Of a stretch of 64,000 nucleotides of DNA, positions 41,093-50,353 are shown piece after piece; within the stretch, counting starts at the first letter, position 1; the number at the start of each line of letters is the position of its first letter. The DNA is from Dehalococcoidia bacterium (GTDB taxonomy: Bacteria > Chloroflexota > Dehalococcoidia > UBA2979). A model generated the notes under the pieces. That model worked only from the letters and a program-made list of their open reading frames with translations, made no database searches and had not been told where the DNA came from. The stretch covers positions 13,029-77,028 of the forward strand of contig CBDHDI010000018.1 of the NCBI GenBank assembly GCA_965261685.1. The letters run 5' to 3'. Both the position numbers and the translations under genes were made by a program.

Positions 41093-42637
41093 ATGAAGGA
41101 AGTGACATTGCACCAGCATCAACAGGCACGGCTCCACGTACTCAACAGCGTCCTCGCCGAGGAGATCACGATCGGGCAGGCGGCTGAGTTGATGGACCTC
41201 AGCGAACGCCACGTCCGCCGGCTCCTGGCCGCCTACCGGGAGTTCGGCGCGGGGGCGCTCGCCCACGGCAATCGCGACCGGCGCCCTCACAACGCCGTCC
41301 CCGAGGCCGTCGCGGCTGCCGTCGTGCGCCTCGCCGCCACGCGCTACCCGGGCGCCAACCACACCCACCTCACCGAGCTGCTCGAGGAGCACGAGGACCT
41401 CGCCCTCAGCCGCCCCACGGTGCGGCGCATCCTGACGCGGGCCGGCATGCCCAGCCCGAGGCGGCGCCGCCCGCCACAGCACCGCGTGCGGCGCGAGCGC
41501 ATGCCACGGGCGGGGATGCTGCTCCAGGTCGACGGCAGCCATCACGCCTGGCTCGAGCAACGCGGCCCGCGCTTCGCCCTGCTGCTCGCCGTCGACGACG
41601 CCACGGGCGCCGTCGTGCACGCGCTGTTCCGCCCCGCCGAGGACGCCCGCGGCTACTTCCTGCTCATGGAGCAGGTGCTGCGCCGCTCAGGCATCCCGCT
41701 CGCCCTCTACAGCGATCGCCACGCCGTCTTCCGGGCCTCCGCCCAGCAGCGCGCGGGAGGCGAGGCGTCGACCCAGTTCGCGCGGGCGATGGCGGAGCTG
41801 GGGGTCCGCCTGATCTTCGCCCGCTCACCGCAGGCCAAGGGCCGGGTGGAGCGCATGGCGGGCACGTTCCAGGACCGCCTCGTGACCGAACTGCGCCTCG
41901 CCTCAGCATCCACCATCGGCGAGGCGCAGGCCGTGCTCGAGCGCTTCCTGCCGCGCTTCAATGCGCGCTTCGCCGTCGCCGCCAGCCAGCGCGAGCCGGC
42001 CTGGCGGCCGCTCGACCCGGCACTCGACCTCGGCGCCATCCTCGCCTTCCGGCACACCCGCAGCGTCGCGCGCGACAACACCGTCAAGTACCACTGGCGC
42101 ACGCTGCAGCTGCTGCCCTCAGCGCAGCGGCCCAGCTACGCCGGGGCGCGCGTGGACGTGCTCGAGCGCCCAGGCGGCGAGCTCGCGGTGCGCCACCGGG
42201 GGGAGACCATCCCTTCGCGGCTCGCCCCGCCCCGCTCAGGCGTGCTGCGCGAGCGCCGCTCCGAGCTGGCGCGCGACCCGGCGCTCGAGCGCCTCGCTCT
42301 GGGCCTCGGCTCCGGGGTGGCCCCGCCCGACCAGCCGGAGCTTCCTGCCGCGGCGAACGGGACCGCCGCCAACGGTGCCTCACGGCAGGCCCGGGTCAAG
42401 CCGCTGCGCCCGCCCACCCCGCGCCAGCAGACGCTCTGGAAGGCCATCCGCCAGGCACAACTGCAGGGGCTCTCGATGCGCGCCACCGCCCGCGTGCTGG
42501 GCATCTCGCGCAACACCGTCCGCCGCTATGTGCTCGCCGGCGGCCCACCCGGACGCCAGGGTGCGGCATCATCTACCGAGCAGCGACCAGCGCGAGAGGA
42601 CATTTTCGCTGAACCGTTAAGCGGACAAAGTCGCTGA
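41093..42637 (+). CDS. ISNCY/IS1202-like DDE (rve) transposase
   Basis: LQVDGS, AVDDATG, YSDRH and SPQAKGRVER motifs; C-terminal HTH. Confidence 0.93.
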   Translation: MKEVTLHQHQQARLHVLNSVLAEEITIGQAAELMDLSERHVRRLLAAYREFGAGALAHGNRDRRPHNAVPEAVAAAVVRLAATRYPGANHTHLTELLEEHEDLALSRPTVRRILTRAGMPSPRRRRPPQHRVRRERMPRAGMLLQVDGSHHAWLEQRGPRFALLLAVDDATGAVVHALFRPAEDARGYFLLMEQVLRRSGIPLALYSDRHAVFRASAQQRAGGEASTQFARAMAELGVRLIFARSPQAKGRVERMAGTFQDRLVTELRLASASTIGEAQAVLERFLPRFNARFAVAASQREPAWRPLDPALDLGAILAFRHTRSVARDNTVKYHWRTLQLLPSAQRPSYAGARVDVLERPGGELAVRHRGETIPSRLAPPRSGVLRERRSELARDPALERLALGLGSGVAPPDQPELPAAANGTAANGASRQARVKPLRPPTPRQQTLWKAIRQAQLQGLSMRATARVLGISRNTVRRYVLAGGPPGRQGAASSTEQRPAREDIFAEPLSGQSR

Positions 42638-42782
42638 CCGTCGACAGAAGTGGATCAATGACCCTGGCGATCTCGCCGTTTTCCGGTCTATAGATCCTGG
42701 TGATTCACAACGTCAGCTACCTGCTGCGACACTGAGACCACCGTCACTTGGCGTACACCTGTTCTGGCAGCGCAGGCAGGCC

Positions 42783-42986
42783 TCATGCTATGCCGTCCCT
42801 TCGGATTCGCTCTCCGACGGGCTGCACCCGTTCGTTCGGCGGCGCGTCAGGCCACTCCTCGGGCGAGTGGTCGGCGCAGCGGCCCGGGTGCGTGAGTGTG
42901 CGGCGCGCGATGATGCGTGCCAGGACGCGCAGGCCATCAAGGCGGATCCGTTCCTGCTCGTCGCTCAGTGCTCGCTGCGTCTTCAC
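42783..42986 (-). CDS. Small 'GLRxLARII' family protein, copy C
   Basis: MKTQRALSDEQERIRLDGLRVLARIIARRTLTHP; AGGA upstream. Confidence 0.65.
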   Translation of the reverse strand: MKTQRALSDEQERIRLDGLRVLARIIARRTLTHPGRCADHSPEEWPDAPPNERVQPVGERIRRDGIA

Positions 42987-43322
42987 GCTCGTGTCCTGCG
43001 GACGCGACGCGTCCGCCCTCGATCGCCACTATCATCGCAGAACGCCTGTTCCGCCTGACTCCAGCGTCGGAGATGTAGGACGGCGAGACAATCCCTCCGA
43101 GGGGACTTCATCCGTGAAGCTGTCTCGGAAGACGGGTGGATCGCGGGTCAGCGCGCGTGCGCGCTCGGCTCAACGTCGTGCCGCCGAGTTTGTGAACCTT
43201 CCGCCGCCGCTGCGTCGGAGCGATTGGAGGAGGTGCGGCTGCCCGCCAACAGCGATCGGATCGGCGATCGGACGAGGGTTCAGGCGTTGGTCGCGGTCAC
43301 GATGCTGGACCTCGCGCCGGAA

Positions 43323-45767
43323 CTACTCTATCTGTAGTGCCTGGTAGAACGCAGCGTTGACCTCGAACGACACGTCCCCCCAACCCCGCTCTTCGGCAAG
43401 ATGTTTCGAAACCTCGCGAAGCATGCGCCGCGCATTCTCGTCATCCGAAAATGTATATCCGGTAGCTGTCTGGATCCCCAAGAAATTCACATCACACAGA
43501 AGGTCCAGGTAGAATTCTACGTCCTCCTCTGGGACTTGGGCCCTCTCGATCCGCGATCGCACGTCCGTCTCACTAAGTACCCTGGGTGCACCAGCGAATT
43601 CGAACAGGACCTCCTCCATCCTCTTCCGTTGCGGGTCATCCTCCGCCAAAACGGAACCGAAGACGTAACGAGAATACTTGGTACGCGCTTCCAGCATATC
43701 TTCTGCCGTTACCGCTTCGTGGCTTCTATTGACTGCTGTAGCGATGGCCTCTTTGGTCAGAAAGATCACGTCCCGTGGCCTCGCGAGGGTATTCTTGAAA
43801 ATGAACTCCTTTGCGCTGAGTCCAACCACGCTCTGCGGGAACATGTTCGCCCACACCTCGTCCGCCTCGACTCGCGAACGCCCACCACGAGCCAGTCGCT
43901 CATCAATGACCCGAACCAGTAGGTCGCGGTCATTCCATACGACTCGACGTATTGGCCACTTGTCTTGCTCGCTAGCGAGTGGCGCAATGTATGCAAATAT
44001 GTCACTTCTTATGAAGATAGTCAGAGAGAGATTGACTTTTCTTTGTCGTTGCCTCTCAGCTTGAAAATCGTCAACGATGCTGTTAGTCATTCGCAGCAAT
44101 CCCAAAAGCAGCTCAGAAAGGACTGTCGTTCCTTTGCCAGCGCTCCATTGGTCATCAAGATTATCGATCAGTACTGCGACGCGCTCCTTTTCTGCCAGGA
44201 CCGCGCCTAACATGCGCCGCAGTGGCCCTAGGTGGTTTATGTGGAGATGTTCACTAATCCGAGCACGCTGCTGCTCCACATCGCTTAAGTCGGCGGTCCC
44301 AGAGAGTGCGCCTACGGCGCGATTGACTCGCTGGGAGAAGGGGGATAAGAATATGTCGCTGTTACCTTCGACGTGCTGAACGAACCGCTCCTCATCGTCG
44401 GTTTGCGGTAAGTGAACCGGCCTGCTACGGATCGAACTCAAGACGCTGGCTGCAAGTTCACTGTATAACAGAAACTTCCATAAGCTCTCGATGAGAAAAC
44501 CATGCTCGGCCGTCCGCCAATCCTCGGACAAGAGTCGGATCAGGCCGTCGACTTCGTAACCGACAGGCTTTATCGTGCAGACATGGTTCCGGGTGGAGCG
44601 TCCGAGGGCCTCTTCGAGCGCGATGAAGGCCGCCGTCTTTCCAGTACCGCGGCGTCCGACGAACACAGAGACATCGGACTCCAGCGCGTCGTAGAACGCC
44701 CGTGTCTCCACAAAGTAGTCATCCAGACTCGACCGTTCGTTCTCCGCGACTGGTTCGCCGAGCGACAGGTCGCGGAGCTGTAGGGTTGGCGAACCAGGGA
44801 CGCTTGCGTCCGCCGGTCGTCGCGGACGCCTACGCGGGGGCGCCATAGTGTCTAGCCATGCCTGGAAATGACCAACGGCCTGGTGGGCCGTCTGATGGGA
44901 CTTGAGTAGGGCTTGGTAGTCGGTCGGACACGTGAATGGCGTGTGGGCTAGCATGAGAACGGGCTTTTGCATGCCATGGGCTAGCCCTGCAACGAAGGAT
45001 GCTTTAGCGTTGTGGTTGGACGATTCCACCTGATCGTCCGACAGAAGGTGGATCAGAACTGCATCCGCGTGGCTAATCTTGTCGGCGTACCACTCCAAGG
45101 TTGCGCCGGCGTTCTCTCGAGGATCGTCTAGTATGAGAGAATGGGAAAATACGGATGAATTGATCGCCTCCCGGATAGAGATAACAGATTCAGTATCATA
45201 GCTGGGCTTGACATACAGAAGCGTTGGGAATTCAGAGAGCGGTGTTTGGGCGCGGTACGTCTCAGCGAGCAAGAACTGCTCGGGAGTTGCCCACGGCCGA
45301 TCGCCCAAGAATGCCCGGGCGAGACCCTGATGATTCTCGTATCCGGCGTAACCTGCCCCGAGCATTCCCGTGTATCTGTGGTTGTAGTCTATGGTCGCAT
45401 TGTGAATGGATGTGTCGAGAGATATCCATATCCTCTTGAAGCGGGCTATCGCGTAGCCGAGTTCGAACGCAACGTTGTCGTTGAGATAAGTCACATCACA
45501 GGCGAACATCTGCGCGCGGTCGATATTGCTCGTGATTTCGGGAAGTAGACGCATGCCTGACACATACATGTCTGGCCATGGTCGGAACCGCAGGTTCGCG
45601 GCTTTGACTTGCTGGGAGGAGTTGAGGTCAGCGATAGCCGCGCTGATTGTCTCTGGCAGTGCGAGTGGCTGCGACGGGTAGGCGTAGAATACGTTCTGCC
45701 GCTTCCGAGCCCCCTGCGACGCTTGCCGGCGTTGCGTGCGGGAGCGGCCTCGCCGTCGTTTTGTCAT
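43323..45767 (-). CDS. P-loop ATPase (Sll1717-like) with two N-terminal nucleoside-deoxyribosyltransferase/TIR-like domains
   Basis: VFYAYPS...ACDVTYLNDNVAFELGYAIA; second unit ADAVLIHL...SFVAGLAHGMQKPVLML; Walker A GRRGTGKT; Walker B VLIDNLD; RPRD. Lower GC than flanks. Confidence 0.8.
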   Translation of the reverse strand: MTKRRRGRSRTQRRQASQGARKRQNVFYAYPSQPLALPETISAAIADLNSSQQVKAANLRFRPWPDMYVSGMRLLPEITSNIDRAQMFACDVTYLNDNVAFELGYAIARFKRIWISLDTSIHNATIDYNHRYTGMLGAGYAGYENHQGLARAFLGDRPWATPEQFLLAETYRAQTPLSEFPTLLYVKPSYDTESVISIREAINSSVFSHSLILDDPRENAGATLEWYADKISHADAVLIHLLSDDQVESSNHNAKASFVAGLAHGMQKPVLMLAHTPFTCPTDYQALLKSHQTAHQAVGHFQAWLDTMAPPRRRPRRPADASVPGSPTLQLRDLSLGEPVAENERSSLDDYFVETRAFYDALESDVSVFVGRRGTGKTAAFIALEEALGRSTRNHVCTIKPVGYEVDGLIRLLSEDWRTAEHGFLIESLWKFLLYSELAASVLSSIRSRPVHLPQTDDEERFVQHVEGNSDIFLSPFSQRVNRAVGALSGTADLSDVEQQRARISEHLHINHLGPLRRMLGAVLAEKERVAVLIDNLDDQWSAGKGTTVLSELLLGLLRMTNSIVDDFQAERQRQRKVNLSLTIFIRSDIFAYIAPLASEQDKWPIRRVVWNDRDLLVRVIDERLARGGRSRVEADEVWANMFPQSVVGLSAKEFIFKNTLARPRDVIFLTKEAIATAVNRSHEAVTAEDMLEARTKYSRYVFGSVLAEDDPQRKRMEEVLFEFAGAPRVLSETDVRSRIERAQVPEEDVEFYLDLLCDVNFLGIQTATGYTFSDDENARRMLREVSKHLAEERGWGDVSFEVNAAFYQALQIE

Positions 45768-45960
45768 GAACGATGACCCCCACTCGAGAGGGCGGGCAAG
45801 GCAAGCGCCGCAGCGCTCGAGCGCCCGCACGCACCGCGCCCTGCTCGTCTTGACAGGATATCGGCGAGTGGCAGTGTATTGTAGCCCGAGACAGGCCGCA
45901 TCTGAGGATAGCCTGGACATGCCGGATCCGGACGAGGGCGTCGGGTAGCCGGGAGCGCGG

Positions 45961-45992
45961 GGCGCCGTGGGCGCCGTGGGCGCCGTGGGCGC
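45961..45992. repeat. 9-bp tandem repeat (GGCGCCGTG)x3.5
   Basis: Directly upstream of TAGAAT (45995-46000), in the divergent intergenic region. Confidence 0.75.
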
Positions 45993-46024
45993 GCTAGAAT
46001 GGAGCGGCGCGGGAGCGAGCGGAC

Positions 46025-46603
46025 ATGACGACGACGACCGAGGCGAAGCTGCTGACCGCCGCCGACCTGCTGCGGCTCGACGGCGAGGGCGTGCGCGGCG
46101 AACTGATCCGGGGAGTGCTCTGCGAGACCATGCCGACGGGACAAGTGCACGGCAAGATCGTGACGCGCCTCGTGATCGAACTGGGCGCCTTCGTTGAGCC
46201 AGATGGACTAGGGACGCTGGTCGCCTCGGACTCGGGCGTCTGGCTGGAGCGCGACCCGGACACGGTGCGTGAGCCAGACATCGCCTTCACGTCGGTGGAG
46301 AAGCTCCCTCTGGACGCGTGGAACACGGGCTACGCCGAAGTCATGCCCGACCTTGTGGTCGAGATCGCCTCGCCAAGCGACAGCCGCCGCGAGGTGCACG
46401 ACAAGGCGCGGATGTGGCTCAGTCACGGCGTGCGCCTGGTGTGGGCGGTGCACCCCGGGACGCGCACGGTGGACGTGCACCGGACCGACCACGTCGCGGC
46501 GACGCTCGGCGATCAGGACTCCCTCGACGGGATGGACGTGCTGCCGGGCTTCACCTGCGACGTGAGCGCCGTCTTCGGTCGTCCCGCCCCAGAGCAGTCT
46601 TAA
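46025..46603 (+). CDS. Uma2-family (DUF820) endonuclease
   Basis: ELIRG...H...EPDIAF...PDLVVEIASPSD...K...W...GVRLVW...LPGF. Confidence 0.92.
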   Translation: MTTTTEAKLLTAADLLRLDGEGVRGELIRGVLCETMPTGQVHGKIVTRLVIELGAFVEPDGLGTLVASDSGVWLERDPDTVREPDIAFTSVEKLPLDAWNTGYAEVMPDLVVEIASPSDSRREVHDKARMWLSHGVRLVWAVHPGTRTVDVHRTDHVAATLGDQDSLDGMDVLPGFTCDVSAVFGRPAPEQS

Positions 46604-46614
46604 CAGGAACTAGC

Positions 46615-47043
46615 ATGACCGCGAGCGCGACTGACCCGCCGCTGGCAAGCCAGGGCCGCAGACTTGCCGGGGCCGTGCTCGACGGCCTGATCTTCGTCCT
46701 CACCCTCGGCATCGGCTGGATCGTCTGGTACCTGGTCGCGGCGCGCGGTGGCCAGAGCCCCGCGAAGCGGCTCCTGGGCACGCGCGTCATCCGCGAGGAC
46801 GGCGCGGTGGCCAGCCTGGGCTGGATGCTCATCCGTGACCTCGCAGTGCGTGTCATCGCCTTCGGCGCGGTCAACCGCGTGTTGGTGGCCGTGCTCGGCG
46901 AGGAGGCGGGCGGGGCGATCTACGGGCTCGCCTTCGTCGCAGCGACGCTGTGGTGCGTGTCGGACGCGAACCACCAGTGCCTGTGGAACAAGATCGTGTG
47001 GACGCGCGTCGTGTACGGCCAGCGCGCCCCCGCCAGCGCCTGA
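46615..47043 (+). CDS. RDD-family membrane protein
   Basis: LASQGRRLAGAVLD...GQSPAKRLLGTRVI...QCLWNKIVWTRVV. Confidence 0.85.
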   Translation: MTASATDPPLASQGRRLAGAVLDGLIFVLTLGIGWIVWYLVAARGGQSPAKRLLGTRVIREDGAVASLGWMLIRDLAVRVIAFGAVNRVLVAVLGEEAGGAIYGLAFVAATLWCVSDANHQCLWNKIVWTRVVYGQRAPASA

Positions 47044-47207
47044 GCGGGCCGCCGCAGGATCCTGCCCGATCTCCCGGTATTCGCTGGGATCCCTTCGGCG
47101 CTTCGGCGTACACTTGTTCTGACAGCACACCGAACCTCGCCGAGCCTGTAGGCGAGCAGCGCGGCAGGGCGGCGCCAGTCCGGCCGCGAGACAAGGAGTC
47201 CGAACCG

Positions 47208-48866
47208 ATGACCGAACGCACCGACCCCACCCCGGCAGCCCTCTACGCCCGCGTCTCCAGCGACCGCCAGGACGTCGACCTCTCCGTCGCCGCCCAGCTC
47301 CGCGCGCTCCGCGACCACGCCGAGAAGAACAACTACCTCGTCGTGCGCGAGTACGTGGACGAGGCCGAGAGCGGGCGCGTCGCCGACAGGCCCCAGTTCC
47401 GCAAGATGCTCGACGAGGCGAGCGGCCCGGAAGCCCCGTTCCACGAGATCCTCGTCTGGAAGTTCTCGCGCTTCACCCGCAAGCGCGAGCACGCCGTCGC
47501 CTTCAAGTCGATGCTGCGCCGCCGCGGCGTGCGCGTCGTCTCCATCACCGAGCACGCCGACGACTCCCCCACCGGGAAGCTCATGGAGGCGATCATCGAG
47601 AGCGTGGACGAGTTCTACTCGGACAATCTCGCGGAGGACGTCGTGCGGGGCATGCGCGAGGCCGCCTCGCGCGGCTTCTTCCTCGCCTCGCGCGCGCCCT
47701 TCGGCTACACGCGCGTCAAGGTCTCGGACGGAGCGAAGGAGCGTCCCACCCTCAAGGTCGACCCGGCCGCCGCCCCAGTCGTGCAGGAGGTCTTCGAGCG
47801 CGCGCTGCGCGGGCAGGGCCTGAAGGAGATCTGCCGTGACCTCAACGAGCGCGGCGTCACCAACCGCGGCCGGCGCTGGCAGAAGAACGCCCTCCACTAC
47901 CTGCTCAACAACGAGGCGTACACGGGGACCGCCGTCTGGGGCAAGACGAGCAGGACCGGCAAGACCCCCGACCCGGTGCGCGTCGAGGACGCGTGGGAGG
48001 CGCTCGTCTCCCGGGAGCTGTTCGACCAAGTGCGGCAGGCGCTCAGGAGCCGCGCGCCGGCCATCCAGCGCCCGGCGCGCGTCGGGAGCAAGTTCCTGCT
48101 GAGCGGTCTGCTGCGCTGCGGGCTGTGCGGGAAGGCCTACGTCGGGCAGGGCGCGAAGAGCGGCAAGTACGGCTACTACGTCTGCGCGACGCTGCACCGC
48201 GAGGGCGCGGGCGCCTGCGAGGCGCGCTACCTGAACGCGGAGCGGGCGGAGGGCTTCGTCGTGGAGAAGATCCGCGAGCGCATCCTGACAGACGAGACGA
48301 TTACCGAGCTGGTGACGCTCGTGGCCGAGGAGATCGACGCCATGGCCGGCGAACTCGGCGGGAAGCTGCAGGCGATCGAGGCGGAACTCGCCGACGTGCA
48401 GAGCCGGCTGCTCAGGCTCTACGAGGCGCTGGAGAAGAGCGACCTCACGCTGGAGGCGCTGTCGCCGCGCATCCTCGCGCTCAGGCAGCGCGAGGACCAA
48501 CTCGCGGCGGCGCGGGAGGATGCGGCCAAGCAGCTGACGCAGCGCAAGGTGGAACTGCCAACGAGCGAGGAGATCAAGGCGTACGTGGCGGACTTCCGCA
48601 GCTTCCTGGAGGAGGGGACGTTCCCCGAGCGCAAGGCGCTGATTCGCAACTTCGTGCAGGGCATCGAGGTGACGGGCGACGAAGCCGAGCTGAGCTACAC
48701 GATCCCGATGCCGGCGGGCGGCGTGACGAGCGAGCGGGCGGCGGTTCTTCATTTCGTCCAGTCAGGCCCACCAGACTTGACGGTAGACAGTACCGGGCCG
48801 CCGAGGGCTACCTCCTCGGCCTTCCCGCCGCGCAGGCGACTGTCCTCGGGCATCGGGATCGTGTAG
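47208..48866 (+). CDS. Large serine recombinase 1
   Basis: ALYARVSS catalytic motif, SRFTR, recombinase domain, Zn ribbon CGLCG...YYVC...C and coiled coil. AAGGAG RBS. Confidence 0.95.
   Translation: MTERTDPTPAALYARVSSDRQDVDLSVAAQLRALRDHAEKNNYLVVREYVDEAESGRVADRPQFRKMLDEASGPEAPFHEILVWKFSRFTRKREHAVAFKSMLRRRGVRVVSITEHADDSPTGKLMEAIIESVDEFYSDNLAEDVVRGMREAASRGFFLASRAPFGYTRVKVSDGAKERPTLKVDPAAAPVVQEVFERALRGQGLKEICRDLNERGVTNRGRRWQKNALHYLLNNEAYTGTAVWGKTSRTGKTPDPVRVEDAWEALVSRELFDQVRQALRSRAPAIQRPARVGSKFLLSGLLRCGLCGKAYVGQGAKSGKYGYYVCATLHREGAGACEARYLNAERAEGFVVEKIRERILTDETITELVTLVAEEIDAMAGELGGKLQAIEAELADVQSRLLRLYEALEKSDLTLEALSPRILALRQREDQLAAAREDAAKQLTQRKVELPTSEEIKAYVADFRSFLEEGTFPERKALIRNFVQGIEVTGDEAELSYTIPMPAGGVTSERAAVLHFVQSGPPDLTVDSTGPPRATSSAFPPRRRLSSGIGIV
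48742..48795. other. Putative attP-like recombination site at the convergent recombinase junction
   Basis: 26-bp imperfect inverted arms (17/26 identical) around a CC dinucleotide at 48768-48769. Confidence 0.6.
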
Positions 48867-50353
48867 CGGATCGTGGCGGCGCCGGGGGCGACGGCGATCT
48901 CCTTCACGAACGAGTGGATGAAGGCCTTCGACTCCGTCAACTCGCTCGTCCCGAGGAATTCCCGCATGTCCTCCGCGTAGGCCGTGATCGTGTCCACGTC
49001 GTCGAGCACCTCACGCCGCTCCGAGAGCGCGGCCCGAGCCTCCGAGGCCGCCCGCTCCAGCCGCTCGCGGCGTTCCTTGTGTTCACGCACGCGCGGGAGC
49101 ACGTCGCTGATGTCCAGCTCGGTCGTCTCCATGAGGTGGTAGAGGCGGTCGAGGCGGCGGCGCACGTCGGCCAGCTCGGACTCGATCGTCTCGAGCTGCT
49201 TGCGGCGCTCGTGCGCCACGCCGTCCATCTCCTCGCCGACGAGGCGCACGAGGTCACGGATGTTGGACTCGGTGAGGACGTTGGCGCGGAGCTGGTCGAC
49301 GACGAGGCGCTCGAAGCGCCGCGCGTTGAGCCTCGGGGCATCGCAGGCGCCCCGGCCGCGCTTCATGAGCGACTGGCAGACGTAGTAGGAGAACTTGCCG
49401 CTCTTGGAGTCCTGCCCGGAGAGGGCGCGGCGGCAGCTCCGGCACTTGACGAGCCCGCTCAGCAGGTAGGTGCTGCCGACGCGGCGCGGGTGGGCGCGCT
49501 TCGGCGCGCGGGAGCGCATCAGCGACTGCACGCCCGTGAAGAGCTCCTTCGAGACGATCGCCGTGAAGGCGTCCTCGATGCGCACCGGCGGCGCGCCGTC
49601 CTTCGCGCCCACGCCCCACAGCAGCGTGCCCGTGTAGACGACGTTGGTGAGCAGGATGTGGACGCCGTTCTTGGACCAGGGGCGTCCGGTGGGGTTGGCG
49701 ATGGCGTCGGCGTTGAGGGTGCGCGCGATCTCGGTGATGCCCTTGCCCGCCTCGGCGAGGGCGAAGATGCGCTCCACGACGGGGGCGGTGTCGGAGTCGG
49801 GCTCCAGCCGGGGGCGCTTCTTCGCGCCGTCCTGCACGTAGACCTTCGTGTAGCCGTAGGGGGTGCGGCTGGCGACCCAGAAGCCGCGTGAGGCGGCCTC
49901 GCGCATGCCGCGGGCGACCTCCTGCGCAAGATTTTCCGAGTAGAACTCGTCGACGCTCTCGATGATCGCCTCCATGAGCTTGCCGGTAGGGGAGTCGTCG
50001 GCGTGCTCGGTGATGGAGACGACGCGGATGCCGCGCCGGCGCAGCATCGACTTGAAGGCGACGGCGTGCTCTCGCTTGCGGGTGAAGCGCGAGAACTTCC
50101 AGACGAGGATCTCCTCGAAGGGCGCGTCCTCGGCGCTCGCCTCGTCGAGCATCCTGCGGAACTGTGGGCGGTCGGCGACGCGCCCGCTCTCGGCCTCGTC
50201 GACGTACTCGCGGGCGACGAGGTAGTTGTTCTTCTCGGCGTAGTCGCGCAGCGCGCGGAGCTGGGCGGCGATGGAGAGGTCGACATCCTGGCGGTCGCTG
50301 GAGACGCGGGCGTAGAGGGCGGCGGGGACGGGGTCGGGGCGCTGCTCGGGCAT
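48749..50353 (-). CDS. Large serine recombinase 2
   Basis: ALYARVSS, CRSCR...YYVC...C and coiled coil. N-terminal catalytic domain nearly identical to recombinase 1. Confidence 0.95.
   Translation of the reverse strand: MPEQRPDPVPAALYARVSSDRQDVDLSIAAQLRALRDYAEKNNYLVAREYVDEAESGRVADRPQFRRMLDEASAEDAPFEEILVWKFSRFTRKREHAVAFKSMLRRRGIRVVSITEHADDSPTGKLMEAIIESVDEFYSENLAQEVARGMREAASRGFWVASRTPYGYTKVYVQDGAKKRPRLEPDSDTAPVVERIFALAEAGKGITEIARTLNADAIANPTGRPWSKNGVHILLTNVVYTGTLLWGVGAKDGAPPVRIEDAFTAIVSKELFTGVQSLMRSRAPKRAHPRRVGSTYLLSGLVKCRSCRRALSGQDSKSGKFSYYVCQSLMKRGRGACDAPRLNARRFERLVVDQLRANVLTESNIRDLVRLVGEEMDGVAHERRKQLETIESELADVRRRLDRLYHLMETTELDISDVLPRVREHKERRERLERAASEARAALSERREVLDDVDTITAYAEDMREFLGTSELTESKAFIHSFVKEIAVAPGAATIRYTIPMPEDSRLRGGKAEEVALGGPVLSTVKSGGPDWTK

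Larger units (their letters stand above)
39480..42646 (+). mobile_element. ISNCY/IS1202-like element interrupted in its left end by IS1111
   Basis: Ends TGTCGACGGTCAGCGA and TCGCTGACCGTCGACA; 7-bp TSD GAAGTGG at 39473-39479 and 42647-42653. Confidence 0.93.
36929..42709 (-). mobile_element. IS21-family element carrying nested ISNCY and IS1111
   Basis: IRs TGTCAATCGCCAGGGTCTATAGA and TCTATAGATCCTGGTGATTCACA; 5-bp TSD ACGTC at 36924-36928 and 42710-42714. Confidence 0.93.

Noticed and set aside
46920-49891. Long antisense or alternative-frame ORFs (46920-48752, 47993-49891; also 22117-24096, 38034-39611, 57302-58648)
   Set aside because: Shadow ORFs of GC-rich real genes; Arg/Ala/Gly-rich with no motifs.
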